Part shown: positions 24,866 through 32,929 of the stretch, piece after piece
How the letters are laid out: each line of letters begins with the position of its first letter
How positions within the stretch are numbered: the stretch's first letter is position 1
Assembly (NCBI GenBank): GCA_019310975.1
Contig: JAFDDH010000002.1
Span: 33,569-97,568 of the forward strand
Origin: Deltaproteobacteria bacterium
Lineage (GTDB): Bacteria; Myxococcota_A; UBA9160; UBA4427
Direction: 5' to 3'
Length of the DNA: 64,000 nt
Program-made: the position numbers and the translations under genes
Notes under the pieces: model-generated
The model's input: only the letters and a program-made list of their open reading frames with translations
The model's database searches: none
What the model was told of the DNA's origin: nothing

Positions 24866-27010
24866 TCAGGCCACCGCGCGCACATTCACCGGCACGGCGC
24901 TCTGCTGCGCGAGGCCCGTGACCGGGTCGAAGCGAACGTCATCCGGGATCAAGTGCTCGACGCAGGACCCGACCTCGCGTACATCGCCGGCGCCCGTTGG
25001 ATCGCCCCAGCCAAAGGCCAATGCGATGGTGCCCTCCGCGATCGAGTCGCTCGTCTCGACGATCGCCTCGACCTGGCCGAATCCGCTCTCCACCAACACC
25101 CGATCGCCGTCGGCGAGACCGCGTTCGACCATTGCGTCCGGGTGCATCAGGCAGGGATTGTAGGGCCGCTTGCCGCGCAGCGAGGGCAGGTTCTGGCCCT
25201 GCGTGCAGTAGACCTCCTTCATCCGATAGGTGATCAGGCGGAAGTCGAACTTCTCGCCCTCCGCGTACCCCCCGCCGACCAGCACCGGCTCGGCCCGCAC
25301 CTCGCGCAGCTCGGCGATCACCTCGGCGTGGCCCGCGGCCATCTTCCCGTCGGGATGGCCGATCATATTCGGCAGCATGCCGCCGGCCGTGAGGCTGTCG
25401 CCGAAAGCGCGACCACTGGCGTGCCCGCGCAGCTCGTCGATCGGGAAGCGCGCGTGCGGGTGCAGCGCGTCGATCATCTCATCGGCGCTGGGCTTCGTCT
25501 GCATCGAGATGCCCGGAATCGGGAGCTCCACACCCAGACGCTGGGCCAGCCCCCAGAAGATCTCGTACTCCTCGAGTACGCCGGGCGGTGGGTCAACCAG
25601 CGGTGGTGTGTGCTGGCCGAAGGGAAAGGGGAAGTTTCCATCCATCATTCGCGTGACGTCGGTGCGCTCGAAGGGATGCTTGGCCGCCATCACGTAGTCG
25701 GCGTGCCTCGCTGTCGCGGACACGAAGAGATCGTTCACCACCAGCAGGTCGAGGTCCTGCAGCGCACGCTGTGTGGACGCCGCATCGGGGAAGACCAGAG
25801 CGGGATTGCCGCCATTTACGATCAGAGCACGGATCTTCCCCTCGCCTGGGGTCAAGATTTCGTCGGTGAGAGTATTGGTCGGCATCTCGTTGTAGAAGCC
25901 GACCAGACTGAATGTTCCCCGGATTCCGCGGATGCGGGAGGACTCCCCAGTGAAATGCATGCTGCGGCCAGGCCCGATGCCCTCGGGCACGTCGACGCCG
26001 AGCACACCCCGGTTGCGCACCATGCCACCCTCTCGGTCATAGCGACCGCAGAGTGCGTTGAGGGTCATCACGAGCTGCGTATTGAGGTTCTGATGACGCG
26101 CCATATGCAGGCCGGTTCCGCTCTGCGCCGCACCGGTGCGCGCGTTGGCGAATAGGCGCGCCGCTGCAATGATGTTCTGCTTCGGCACGCCAGCACGCCG
26201 CTCGACATAGTCGAGGTCGAAATCTGCCACCGCCTCGCCGAGTGCGGCCACGCCACTCACGCACTCTTCCACGTAGTCGCCATCGTAGAGCGACTCCTCG
26301 ATGATGATCTTGACGAGCGCAGCCAGCAGTGCCGCATCCTCACCGGGCTTCACCTGCAAGTGGATATCTGCTCGCCGCGCCACATCGGTCTTGCGCGGAT
26401 CCACCACGATCAGCTTGAGTCCGCGCCTCTGCGCATCCCCTAGCCGCTTGGCGGGGCTCGACTGCGGCATCGACATGAAGTGGGAGCCCAGCGGATTGCT
26501 GGCTACGAACATCGCGACTTCTGCGTTGTCGATATCGAATTGATTGACTGGCACGGGCGAGCCGAAGAGCCGGTCCATGGCCAGAAACATGGCGGGCGAG
26601 TCGATCGTCATCGACGTATACATGCCCTTGGAGCCGATGGCGTCCAGCCACTTTCTCACGAACCAGGGACCACCCGCCGAGGTGCGGTGCCCACCGCAGC
26701 CGACGTAGACGGCGACGGAGTCGGGCCCGTGCTCGTCGATGATCTTTCGGAGTCGCAGAGCGATCTCGTCGAGGGCCTGCTCGGAGTCCACCTCGACGAA
26801 GCCGGCATCCGTGCGCCGCAGGGGCGCGAGCAGGCGCTCCGGATGATGGATACGCTCCTGCTCGGCACGCCCCTTCTGGCACGTATAGCCCTTGCTGACA
26901 GCGTTCTCGGGATCGCCGCGTACCGCCAGTACGCGCCCGTCCTCGACATCGACCTCGACACCACAGAAGACGTGGCAGAAGCGGCAGAACGATTTGTGGG
27001 TCTCGATCAT
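24866..27010 (-). CDS. Molybdopterin (bis-MGD) oxidoreductase catalytic subunit
   Basis: In ORF 24866..27109; I prefer the ATG at 27010 (MIETHKSFCRFCHVFCGVEVDV...). It has an N-terminal CxxCxxxC...C [4Fe-4S] motif, a molybdopterin-binding body and a C-terminal MopB_CT-like beta-barrel (GDRVLVESGFGQVEAIVETSD). The substrate cannot be assigned from sequence alone. Confidence 0.8.
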   Translation of the reverse strand: MIETHKSFCRFCHVFCGVEVDVEDGRVLAVRGDPENAVSKGYTCQKGRAEQERIHHPERLLAPLRRTDAGFVEVDSEQALDEIALRLRKIIDEHGPDSVAVYVGCGGHRTSAGGPWFVRKWLDAIGSKGMYTSMTIDSPAMFLAMDRLFGSPVPVNQFDIDNAEVAMFVASNPLGSHFMSMPQSSPAKRLGDAQRRGLKLIVVDPRKTDVARRADIHLQVKPGEDAALLAALVKIIIEESLYDGDYVEECVSGVAALGEAVADFDLDYVERRAGVPKQNIIAAARLFANARTGAAQSGTGLHMARHQNLNTQLVMTLNALCGRYDREGGMVRNRGVLGVDVPEGIGPGRSMHFTGESSRIRGIRGTFSLVGFYNEMPTNTLTDEILTPGEGKIRALIVNGGNPALVFPDAASTQRALQDLDLLVVNDLFVSATARHADYVMAAKHPFERTDVTRMMDGNFPFPFGQHTPPLVDPPPGVLEEYEIFWGLAQRLGVELPIPGISMQTKPSADEMIDALHPHARFPIDELRGHASGRAFGDSLTAGGMLPNMIGHPDGKMAAGHAEVIAELREVRAEPVLVGGGYAEGEKFDFRLITYRMKEVYCTQGQNLPSLRGKRPYNPCLMHPDAMVERGLADGDRVLVESGFGQVEAIVETSDSIAEGTIALAFGWGDPTGAGDVREVGSCVEHLIPDDVRFDPVTGLAQQSAVPVNVRAVA

Positions 27011-27163
27011 GCGGGCTCCCCAAACCGCCCCGCAGCGGGGCGTACAACCGGAAAGGATATCGGTTTTGGCCCTTCCGCGGGCGTGCACGAGAGCGTCCGA
27101 CGCATTCACGGCGATATCGATCGGACATTCTCCACGACCGATCGGACACGTAGGTGCGCACCG

Positions 27164-27799
27164 CTACGTCTCCCCGCGCTCCTTGCTCGACAGCCGCTGC
27201 TCCATCACGCGCTCGACCGTATCGACGATTGCGACGGTACGCGGATCGAGCTCGATGTTGACGCGATCGCCGGGTTGCTTGTCGCCGAGATTCGTCAGCC
27301 GCAGTGTCTCCGGGATGAGGTGCAGAGCGAAGCTTCCGGCGGAGTCGACCTCCCCGACCGTCAGGCTCGATCCATCCACCGCGATGAAGCCCTTGGGCAG
27401 GATGTAGTTCATCCACTCCGCGGCCACGGAGATTATGAGATTGCAGATAGGACCGTTGCGCTGCACATCGCTCACACGTCCGGTACCGATCACATGACCC
27501 GCCACGTCGTGGCCACCGATCTCGTCGCCGACCTGTACGCTTCGCTCGACGGCGACCCTGGAGCCCACCTCGAGCTCGGCCAGCGTCGTCAGGTCGAGCG
27601 TTGCCTGGATGGCGTCGAATGAAACCCTGTGGCCCGATACGGCGACCACTGTCTGACATACGCCATCGATCGACACGCTGGCGCCCGGAACGAGGCCCAG
27701 GACCAGATCATCGTCGAGCTCGACCTCGTAGGCGAGGAGACCCGGGCGTCGGTCCACGCCAACGACCTTGAACGTGCCCCGCGTGATTCCGGTGAACAT
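27164..27799 (-). CDS. ribE: Riboflavin synthase (alpha chain)
   Basis: In ORF 27164..27847. MFTGITRGTFKV..., GASVSIDGVCQTV..., and a duplicated lumazine-binding barrel (GFIAVDGSSLTV). The ATG at 27799 is preceded by GGAGG. Confidence 0.85.
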   Translation of the reverse strand: MFTGITRGTFKVVGVDRRPGLLAYEVELDDDLVLGLVPGASVSIDGVCQTVVAVSGHRVSFDAIQATLDLTTLAELEVGSRVAVERSVQVGDEIGGHDVAGHVIGTGRVSDVQRNGPICNLIISVAAEWMNYILPKGFIAVDGSSLTVGEVDSAGSFALHLIPETLRLTNLGDKQPGDRVNIELDPRTVAIVDTVERVMEQRLSSKERGET

Positions 27800-27891
27800 G
27801 GCGCCTCCGAGAATGAAACCAATAGCGGCGTGCTGGGGCCGGCGCATCCCCGCGCCGCGTGAGGGCCCATCGCGTCTTGTATGCTGCGCTC

Positions 27892-28707
27892 ATGCCCATT
27901 CTATCCCCTGAATCGCTGCGCGAGCGTCTCTCTTGCGCCCCCCGCGAGCCCATCGCACACCTGCCGACACCGCTGCAGCCGATGCCCCGCCTGTCCAAGG
28001 CACTGGGCGGCCCGGAGCTGTGGATCAAGCGCGATGACTGCACCGGCCTCGCCACCGGCGGAAACAAGGCGCGCAAACTCGAGTTCCTGCTGGGCGAGGC
28101 ACGTGCGGAGGGTGCCGACACACACAGCTACGTGATCCCCCCCGGAGGCTCGAGCGCGACGGGCGCACTCGGCTACGTGAACTGCGCGATCGAGATCTTC
28201 GAGCAGCTCGCAGCCGAGGGCCATGAATCCGCGACGCTCGTGCACGCTACTGCGAGTACCGGAACACAGGCGGGGCTCATCGTGGGCCTGTCGGCCCTGG
28301 GCGCAGACATCGATGTAAGCGGCATCAATACGTATGCGAAGGACGGCGCCGCCCAGGAGTCGGACCTGCGTCGGCACTGCCACGAGACTGCAGTGCGCCT
28401 CGACATCGAATGTCCGCACGACGAGCGGATCCAAATCGACCACCGCCATCTTGGCGACGACTACGGACTCCCCACGCCCGGCATGTTCGAAGCCCTCGAG
28501 ATGACTGCGCAGAGCGAGGGTCTGCTGCTCGATCCCGTCTACTCGGGAAAGGCAATGGCGGGAATGATCGCGGCCATTCGCAGTGGCGAACTCGATACGA
28601 CCCGGCCCACGATCTTCCTGCACACGGGTGGAAGCGCTGGGCTCTTCGCGTACCGAGATGCGATATCGGCCCGTATGGCGAAGACGGAATCAGCCCCAGA
28701 TCGATGA
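27892..28707 (+). CDS. D-cysteine desulfhydrase/ACC deaminase-family PLP protein carrying a large in-frame internal deletion (possible relic)
   Basis: In ORF 27859..28707. It has LWIKRDDCTGLATGGNKARKLEFLLGEARAEGADT, the PLP-Lys region. This is followed directly by HSYVIPPGGSSATGALGYV. In E. coli DcyD these two blocks are separated by ~80 aa. The C-terminus LLLDPVYSGKAMAG...FLHTGG is intact. Confidence 0.65.
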   Translation: MPILSPESLRERLSCAPREPIAHLPTPLQPMPRLSKALGGPELWIKRDDCTGLATGGNKARKLEFLLGEARAEGADTHSYVIPPGGSSATGALGYVNCAIEIFEQLAAEGHESATLVHATASTGTQAGLIVGLSALGADIDVSGINTYAKDGAAQESDLRRHCHETAVRLDIECPHDERIQIDHRHLGDDYGLPTPGMFEALEMTAQSEGLLLDPVYSGKAMAGMIAAIRSGELDTTRPTIFLHTGGSAGLFAYRDAISARMAKTESAPDR

Positions 28708-29715
28708 GCGTCTGTCCAGTCCCACCTCGACCAGGGCCTGGATGCGCTCACGCAGCTCCGCAGTGCACTGCGAGATCTCGAGCTCCTCGTCGTCGGCGTC
28801 CTCCGGCAGAGGCAGCTCGACGGGCTCGCCGAAAACGACGACCCACTTCGTCGGCAACGGCAGGAAGCCCAAGGGCCCCAGCAGGGGAAAGGTCGGCGTG
28901 ACCGGGATGAAGGGCAGCCCCAGCAAGCGAGCCGGCAGGTACGATTTGAAGAGAACCGGATGCGCCTCCTCGGCGCCGACAATGCCCACGGGCACGAGTG
29001 GCACGCCGTTCTCGATAGCGGCGCGCACCACCCCTCCGCGGCCGAAGCGCTTCAGTCGATAGCGCTCCGCGAAGCTCTTGGCGGCTCCCTTGACGCCCTC
29101 CGGAAAGGCCACCACGCTGCGGCCCGTGCGCAGCAGCCGATCGGCATTCTCGCGACATGCACGCACACCGCCGTAGCGGGCCAGGAAGGGCTGCACGAAG
29201 GGCAGCGTGATCAGCCAGTCCGCCACCATGAAGCGCGGACGCCCGGCTTCGGGCAGCAGACGCTGGACGACGTGTGAGAGCATCGCCCCGTCGTAGGGCA
29301 GCAGGCCGGAGCGGTTGGCGACGAATAGGCATGGCGATCGCGTGGGCAGATTTTTCGTCCCGACCACATCGACCCGCCAGTAGCGCTCGAGCAGGAAGTC
29401 CAGCAGCGGAGCGGCGCGCGACATCGCCTGTCGGTCGAGACCGAATTCGTCGGTCTCGATGCTGCGCTCCGACATGCCCAGGGTCGAAACGCGTTCGCGC
29501 AGCTCGTCGAAGAGTGCGAAGAGATCAATGCCCTCGTCCTCTCGACGCGGAGCCTTGGGGTCCGGCAATCGCGCCCGGACCTCGCGTCTCAGATCCTCGA
29601 GAGCCAGACGCAGCGCCTCCAAGCGCTCGTCGTCGAGCACGTCCTCATCGTGGGCCGGGTCGTGGACAGGCAGCTTCACGACGTTGTCCTCACGACCGCC
29701 CTGTCCATCACTCAT
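28690..29715 (-). CDS. Lysophospholipid/1-acylglycerol-3-phosphate acyltransferase family protein (PlsC-like)
   Basis: 341 aa. The acyltransferase core reads CLFVANRSGLLPYDGAML ... VVAFPEGVKG ... GVPLVPVGIVG. The position normally holding the catalytic His reads Arg (CGC). Its 3' end overlaps the convergent DcyD-like gene by 18 nt. Confidence 0.7.
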   Translation of the reverse strand: MSDGQGGREDNVVKLPVHDPAHDEDVLDDERLEALRLALEDLRREVRARLPDPKAPRREDEGIDLFALFDELRERVSTLGMSERSIETDEFGLDRQAMSRAAPLLDFLLERYWRVDVVGTKNLPTRSPCLFVANRSGLLPYDGAMLSHVVQRLLPEAGRPRFMVADWLITLPFVQPFLARYGGVRACRENADRLLRTGRSVVAFPEGVKGAAKSFAERYRLKRFGRGGVVRAAIENGVPLVPVGIVGAEEAHPVLFKSYLPARLLGLPFIPVTPTFPLLGPLGFLPLPTKWVVVFGEPVELPLPEDADDEELEISQCTAELRERIQALVEVGLDRRSSIWG

Positions 29716-29751
29716 ACGCGCTCCCCCACACCGTCCCCTCGCGTGAGCGCC

Positions 29752-30720
29752 TCATTGGTAACGCTGCAGCCTGCGCGAGGAGACGAAGGAGATCCAGGCC
29801 TCGCGAGTGCTGTAGTCCGGCGCGCCAAACTCCGCCCAGCCGCGCTCCCCATCCGCTACCCAGAGATAGCGCAGGTAGTCGAAGAAGCCGGCCGGCGGGT
29901 CCCCCGTCTGCCCCTGCGCAGGGTAGCTGCTGACGCGATAGAGGAGCGGCGCGGGCAATGTGGCGCGGCGCTTGCCCGCCAGCGCTATCAGGGTGGAGAG
30001 CGGGAGCACACCGCGACCGACGATATTGAATATCCCCGGATGCGCTTCGCAGATCGCGTCCTCGTAGACACTCAGTAGATCGCTCTCGTGTATGAACTGC
30101 ATGAGCGGGTCGTAACCGAGCACTGTGGGGATGACGGGCCGCTCGAAGAAGCGCACGACGTGGTCTCTATAGGTGGGGCCCATCACCCAGCAGCTGCGCA
30201 GGACGGTGACCTCGGTATCGCGATGGCGTGGCACCCAGTCGACGAGCAAATCCTCTACCTCCACGCGGTTCATCACGCAATGCGCCTCGGCGTGACCGCG
30301 CAGGCGGTGCGACTCCGTCAGGAAGTTCGGATTGTCGGAGCGCGGCCCGTAGAGCATCGTGCTCGAAGCGACGACCAGACGCCGAAGCTTCGCGGCCGCG
30401 CAGGCATTCATGACGTGCAGGCTACCGATCGTCTCGAGCTCGTGGTCGTATTCGAGGTCCGGCGTCGGTGAGTGTCGATAGGCGAGGTGGATGAGTGCCT
30501 CAACACCCTCATCCGCGAGCACTTGCGCCAGCTCGCCGTCCGCTGTGGGGTCGGTCAGGTCGACACGGTGGAAGTTCAGCCGGCCCGCGAGCCGCAGCGG
30601 GCGATGCAGGTCGATCCCGATCAGACGCGGCGCGCGGGGCCGCTCGAGCAGACGCTCAGCCAGCCGCATGCCGAAGTGCGAGTCGAGCCCCGTGATTGCG
30701 ATACAGGACGGCGCCGTCAC
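29752..30720 (-). CDS. NAD-dependent epimerase/dehydratase (extended SDR) family protein
   Basis: In ORF 29752..30882. The Rossmann start is CIAITGLDSHFGMRLAERLL, an atypical TGxxSxxG. It continues with ALIHLAY and the extended-SDR body. I prefer the GTG at 30720 (MTAPSCIAITG), because the ATG at 30882 would overlap the divergent HDAC start. The start is uncertain. Confidence 0.6.
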   Translation of the reverse strand: MTAPSCIAITGLDSHFGMRLAERLLERPRAPRLIGIDLHRPLRLAGRLNFHRVDLTDPTADGELAQVLADEGVEALIHLAYRHSPTPDLEYDHELETIGSLHVMNACAAAKLRRLVVASSTMLYGPRSDNPNFLTESHRLRGHAEAHCVMNRVEVEDLLVDWVPRHRDTEVTVLRSCWVMGPTYRDHVVRFFERPVIPTVLGYDPLMQFIHESDLLSVYEDAICEAHPGIFNIVGRGVLPLSTLIALAGKRRATLPAPLLYRVSSYPAQGQTGDPPAGFFDYLRYLWVADGERGWAEFGAPDYSTREAWISFVSSRRLQRYQ

Positions 30721-30862
30721 ATCCCCCCTCTCCCCACACTCGTCCCCGCACTCATCATACTCATCCTCGCCCTCCTGCTCCGCCACCCACGCGCACCCTG
30801 GGCCGACACCGGTGTGCGACGGCGGTCGCCGAGACGCATCGGCTCCGATAGGCTGGAAGGCG

Positions 30863-31921
30863 ATGACGGTCCGCGAGCGCATCCACGTGGTGGAGGATAT
30901 CCGCTTTCAGGATCATCGGTCCCCCGCTGGCCATCCGGAGCGACCGGAGAGACTGAGAGCCGTCTCCCGCGCGATCGCACGGGACGAAGGTCGCATCGCG
31001 CGGATCGCGCCCCGAATGGCCGATCCAGTCGAAATCTTGCGTGTGCACGATCGCGACCACCTCGCACACGTCGAGCGGGCGGCGGCCCGCGCCCCGATTC
31101 ACCTCGACCCCGATACCTACCTCTCCGAGGCGAGCTTCGCGGTGGCCAGCCTGGCGGCCGGCAGCACGGTCGAGGCCGCGCGTCGTGTCGCGCGTGGCGA
31201 GGCGCGTAGCGCCCTCGCCGCCGTGCGCCCGCCCGGACACCACGCCGAGGCGGATCGAGCCATGGGCTTCTGCATCTTCAACAATGTGGCGATCGCGGCG
31301 CGTGCGCTGCAGCAGGACGAGGGCCTGGCCAAGATCCTGATCCTCGATTGGGACGTACACCATGGCAACGGCACGCAACATAGCTTCGCGGCCGATCCCT
31401 CCATCCTCTACGTCTCGACCCATCAATTCCCCCACTACCCCGGCACGGGGAACTTCGCTGAAGTCGGCACCGGCAAAGGCGAGGGGGCGACTGTGAACAT
31501 ACCGATGCCGGCGGGTTGCGGTGATAGCGAGTACCTCGGCGCGTTGCAGCGCATCCTGGCTCCCATCGCATGTCGCTTCGCACCCGAGCTTATCCTGGTG
31601 TCGTGTGGATTCGATGCACATCGGGACGATCCGCTGGCTTCGATGGAAATCGGTCGCAACGGCTATCTTGCAATGACACGATTGCTGCGCGAACTGGCCG
31701 AAGAGTTGTGCGGCGGACGGATCGTCTTCGTACTCGAAGGCGGGTACGCGGAGTCTGGCTTGATCGACGGAACGACGGCACTGCTCGAAGCCATGCTCGA
31801 GGAGACGCCGCCGGCGCCGGATCGACTGATCCAAGCCCCATCCGGCAGCACGCTTCACATGCTCGTCGATCGCGTGGCGGCCGCGCAATCGGCCCACCAT
31901 CCCGAAATCGGCACACCCTAA
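30863..31921 (+). CDS. Histone deacetylase-family (AcuC/AphA-like) deacetylase
   Basis: In ORF 30491..31921; the ATG at 30863 follows GGAAGG. HPERPERL, RPPGHHAE, ILDWDVHHGNGTQ and EGGY are the class I/II HDAC metal and catalytic motifs. Confidence 0.85.
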   Translation: MTVRERIHVVEDIRFQDHRSPAGHPERPERLRAVSRAIARDEGRIARIAPRMADPVEILRVHDRDHLAHVERAAARAPIHLDPDTYLSEASFAVASLAAGSTVEAARRVARGEARSALAAVRPPGHHAEADRAMGFCIFNNVAIAARALQQDEGLAKILILDWDVHHGNGTQHSFAADPSILYVSTHQFPHYPGTGNFAEVGTGKGEGATVNIPMPAGCGDSEYLGALQRILAPIACRFAPELILVSCGFDAHRDDPLASMEIGRNGYLAMTRLLRELAEELCGGRIVFVLEGGYAESGLIDGTTALLEAMLEETPPAPDRLIQAPSGSTLHMLVDRVAAAQSAHHPEIGTP

Positions 31922-32152
31922 GCGATCCGCGATTGCACCCCGATCGATCGTGGGAAGCCGTCCCACCGATGGTTCTGCGTGCGTGCAAATGCATCAAAAC
32001 ATGCAGGGCTTTGATCGATCCTGAACTCTCGATCGCACAGCTTGCGTCCCATGCAACGCGAACGCTGTTTCATACCCAGTGCGTCGACCCCGGCGCCACG
32101 TCACGAGTGCGCAATTCAAGAAAAGAAAATCTGTCACAGAACGAATTTTTGG

Positions 32153-32181
32153 TTCCCAACTTGGAGGAAGTGGGATATAAG
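32153..32181 (+). promoter_or_regulatory. Candidate sigma70-type promoter of the dcw cluster (TTCCCA-N17-TATAAG)
   Basis: -35-like TTCCCA at 32153-32158, a 17-nt spacer, and -10-like TATAAG at 32176-32181. It sits in an AT-richer stretch ~105 nt upstream of mraZ. This is a pattern match only. Confidence 0.35.
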
Positions 32182-32217
32182 GACAGCACGGTGGGATGAG
32201 GTGGGGCACGGTGGGGG
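32170..32217 (+). promoter_or_regulatory. Putative MraZ operator: four GTGGG direct repeats in helical phase
   Basis: GTGGGA at 32170, GTGGGA at 32191, GTGGGG at 32201 and GTGGGG at 32211. The last three are spaced exactly 10 bp apart, and the first lies 21 bp upstream. All sit 70-115 nt upstream of the mraZ ATG. MraZ proteins are known to bind phased (G)TGGG repeats in their own promoter. Confidence 0.55.
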
Positions 32218-32286
32218 AACCGAGAGTCGAGCGCCCATCCACCATCACTGGCGAGCCGGCCGCGAGAACGGAGCTGATGATAGGCG

Positions 32287-32739
32287 ATGTTTCGGGGCAG
32301 GTTCGAGCACACGATCGATCAGAAGGGTCGCCTCAGTATTCCCTCGGGGTTCAGGATGGAACTTGAGCGTCGTAGTGAAAAAGATCCGATTTTGACCAGT
32401 CAGGGCGACCATCTGGCGCTCTACCCCGCCGATGTGTGGTTCGAGAAAGAGCGCGACCTGCTCGAGCTCTCGGATCTGCAGCCGGACGTCCAGGACTTCC
32501 AGCGCTACGTCGTCGCCGATGCCTGCGACGCGCCGATCGACAAGCAGGGCCGCGTGCTCGTGCCCGCCACCCTGCGCAAGGACGGAGACCTCGGCAGCAA
32601 GGTGATCATTGCCGGCGTTCTGAACAAGATCGAGATCTGGGATCCAGAGCGCTTCGAGTTCAAGAAGAAGCTGACCCTCATGCGAATCGATGAAATCCAG
32701 AAATCCGTGGCCGAACATCGCAGACCGCGAGGAGATTGA
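32287..32739 (+). CDS. mraZ: Transcriptional regulator MraZ
   Basis: 150 aa. MFRGRFEHTIDQKGRLSIPSGFR... and a second SpoVT/AbrB-like half (IDKQGRVLVPATLR). Confidence 0.95.
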   Translation: MFRGRFEHTIDQKGRLSIPSGFRMELERRSEKDPILTSQGDHLALYPADVWFEKERDLLELSDLQPDVQDFQRYVVADACDAPIDKQGRVLVPATLRKDGDLGSKVIIAGVLNKIEIWDPERFEFKKKLTLMRIDEIQKSVAEHRRPRGD

Positions 32740-32929
32740 GCGTTTTTTTGGGGGGAGCTGGAGGATGTCCTCCAGCGGAGAGGTTGGGGTGTCCTCGGAA
32801 CATCGATAAAGACGGCGGCGTGGTTACTGGGGGGTACACGCCGACGTCCAGGTGCTCTGAGGCACCCCAACCACTCCCCAGCCCCCGCCTGCCCTGACAC
32901 GGGGCGAGTCCGGGAGGCGCCCCGCTCTC

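Noticed and set aside
24866-27109. Possible selenocysteine (in-frame TGA) recoding in the molybdopterin oxidoreductase, as seen in formate dehydrogenases.
   Set aside because: The reading frame is uninterrupted across all 714-747 codons, with no in-frame TGA and no split ORF. Nothing suggests a SECIS-dependent gene.
27800-27891. An FMN riboswitch upstream of ribE.
   Set aside because: Only ~90 nt separate ribE from the divergent gene. I see none of the conserved FMN-element sequence blocks in either orientation.
30721-30882. An acidic, Cys-containing N-terminal extension (EQEGEDEYDECGDECGERGD) of the SDR gene, from the ATG at 30882.
   Set aside because: That start would overlap the divergent HDAC start (30863). 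Third-position GC in the segment is lower than in neighbouring coding sequence. A GTG at 30720 gives a conventional Rossmann N-terminus. It is kept as an alternative only.
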